Positions 62,671 to 64,000 of a DNA stretch of 64,000 nucleotides are shown here, piece after piece (the first letter of the stretch is position 1; each line of letters opens with the position of its first letter). The position numbers and the translations under genes are program-made. Origin of the DNA: Antedon mediterranea (Eukaryota; Animalia; Echinodermata); NCBI RefSeq assembly GCF_964355755.1, contig NC_092676.1, positions 10,765,888 to 10,829,887 on the forward strand, given 5' to 3'. The notes beneath the pieces are model-generated. The model ran no database searches, had not been told where the DNA came from, and was given only the letters and a program-made list of their open reading frames with translations.

Positions 62671-64000
62671 GGTATTTACCATCATGGTCTCTACATAAAA
62701 TGTAGCTTTCTGGTTCGCTAAAGTTTACTATGCTTATAGAAGAAAAAACAAATAGAAATAACATGCATATTCTACTTTTCCAAATAAGCAATTAAAAGTT
62801 TAAACAAAAACCTCTTGTCCGGCAGACAATGGGCTCTTTTCTTCTTTAACTACAGTTTTTCATCAAACTTTTGATGGACAATATTATTATGTGACATTAA
62901 ATGGCATATTCAATAAAAAAATTGTTTTAAAATTATTTTTAAGAGGGATAATATTTTAATTACATAGGCCTAGGTAAATGTACCTTAAGATTTAAGCTAG
63001 AAAATAAGCAAATAATAGAAGAAAACAATTTTTATTATTATTTATTAGTTTTACATTCAATTGTATAATATTTAGGATATACAGCAGGTCTCAATCCAAT
63101 TACCGACCACTTTTCGAACCCGTATTTTAGTGGTTGTAGCTTCCGTCTCCGATTTGATTCCTCCAACTAAAGATCGGCGCTAGAAATGGTCAATTAAACC
63201 ATAATGGTAATTTTGCTCCCTAATGGTAGAGGGTAAAATGTAATCAGGTTGGTTTGTCAATCTTTTTTTCATTGTGTGTATGTTGTATATTGTTTGATTT
63301 TCTTCTAACTTTCAGAGGCTGTTCTACCCTAAAAATGCATTAATTTTAAAAGTTTATTTTAATGTGGTCTTTAGTTGAGAGAAAAATTGATAAAAAAGTA
63401 TCCCCAAACCATGGTCTAATTAGGATTAGTTTTAAATTGCAATAACAATTGATTAATTGACAACAACAATATATTGCTGAACAATTCTGTTTTAATTTCA
63501 TCACAATCGGACTATAAAAACTTTACTTTCTTACGACCGATAATTTTAAGTAGTTGGTAATATTAATAAAATATGCAATTTTTATATTTGAATTATCATA
63601 TTGGCTTGCCACCTCCTGCCATTAAAAATCGTGTTAATCTATAGAATATTAAATTATGCATTTGACCATGTATGTTGTTGGGGTGTTAGTACAACAAACA
63701 TGTTTTTAATATATGACTAAGCAGTGTTTTCTTCATATTTCTTCATATTTAAATTGTAGTGCCTGGTGATTGGTTAGTGGTTATGTCATCCACATCACAT
63801 CCAATCACCGGGCCTAATTGAATGAAAACTGTGATCCTTGACTCAGGGTTTGGCTGGCTATGTATAGTTGCAATACGTCACCACTGACTCTACTACTCTC
63901 TAGCTCTCGTTTCGTTTTAAAAAAGAAGACGCAAGGCGAACTCAACCATAAACAAAAGAAGCATAAAAGTATAGCTACTACACTTAATGAATAGGCCTAT

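Overview
AT-rich, intron-rich animal (invertebrate-type) genomic DNA; not prokaryotic. Two protein-coding genes lie head-to-head. (1) Minus strand: lysine-specific demethylase 1 (KDM1A/LSD1). 14 coding exons from 13748 to 1324 splice in frame (about 710 codons); the C-terminus lies left of the window and a probable first exon is near 25.0-25.2 kb. (2) Plus strand: a 6-exon gene of about 556 aa (25544-37059) whose homeodomain is split by an intron, so no single ORF in the track shows it; it closely resembles the first homeodomain of HDX (highly divergent homeobox). The rest is densely nested transposons. These include a cluster of TAG...CTA, 3-4 bp-TSD Academ-type elements (two with decayed XPG-nuclease/Cys-rich ORFs, one nested in another, and one 6.1-kb near-complete palindrome). 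There are also Helentron-derived HINE/DINE-1-like elements, a Helitron pair in inverted orientation inside the homeobox gene, a Sola2-like foldback with a hairpin satellite, Harbinger MITEs and a Myb remnant, tRNA- and Deu-type SINEs, LINE fragments, and a Penelope 3' end with a decayed hammerhead ribozyme. All calls were made by eye with no database searches; repeat coordinates may be off by a few bp.
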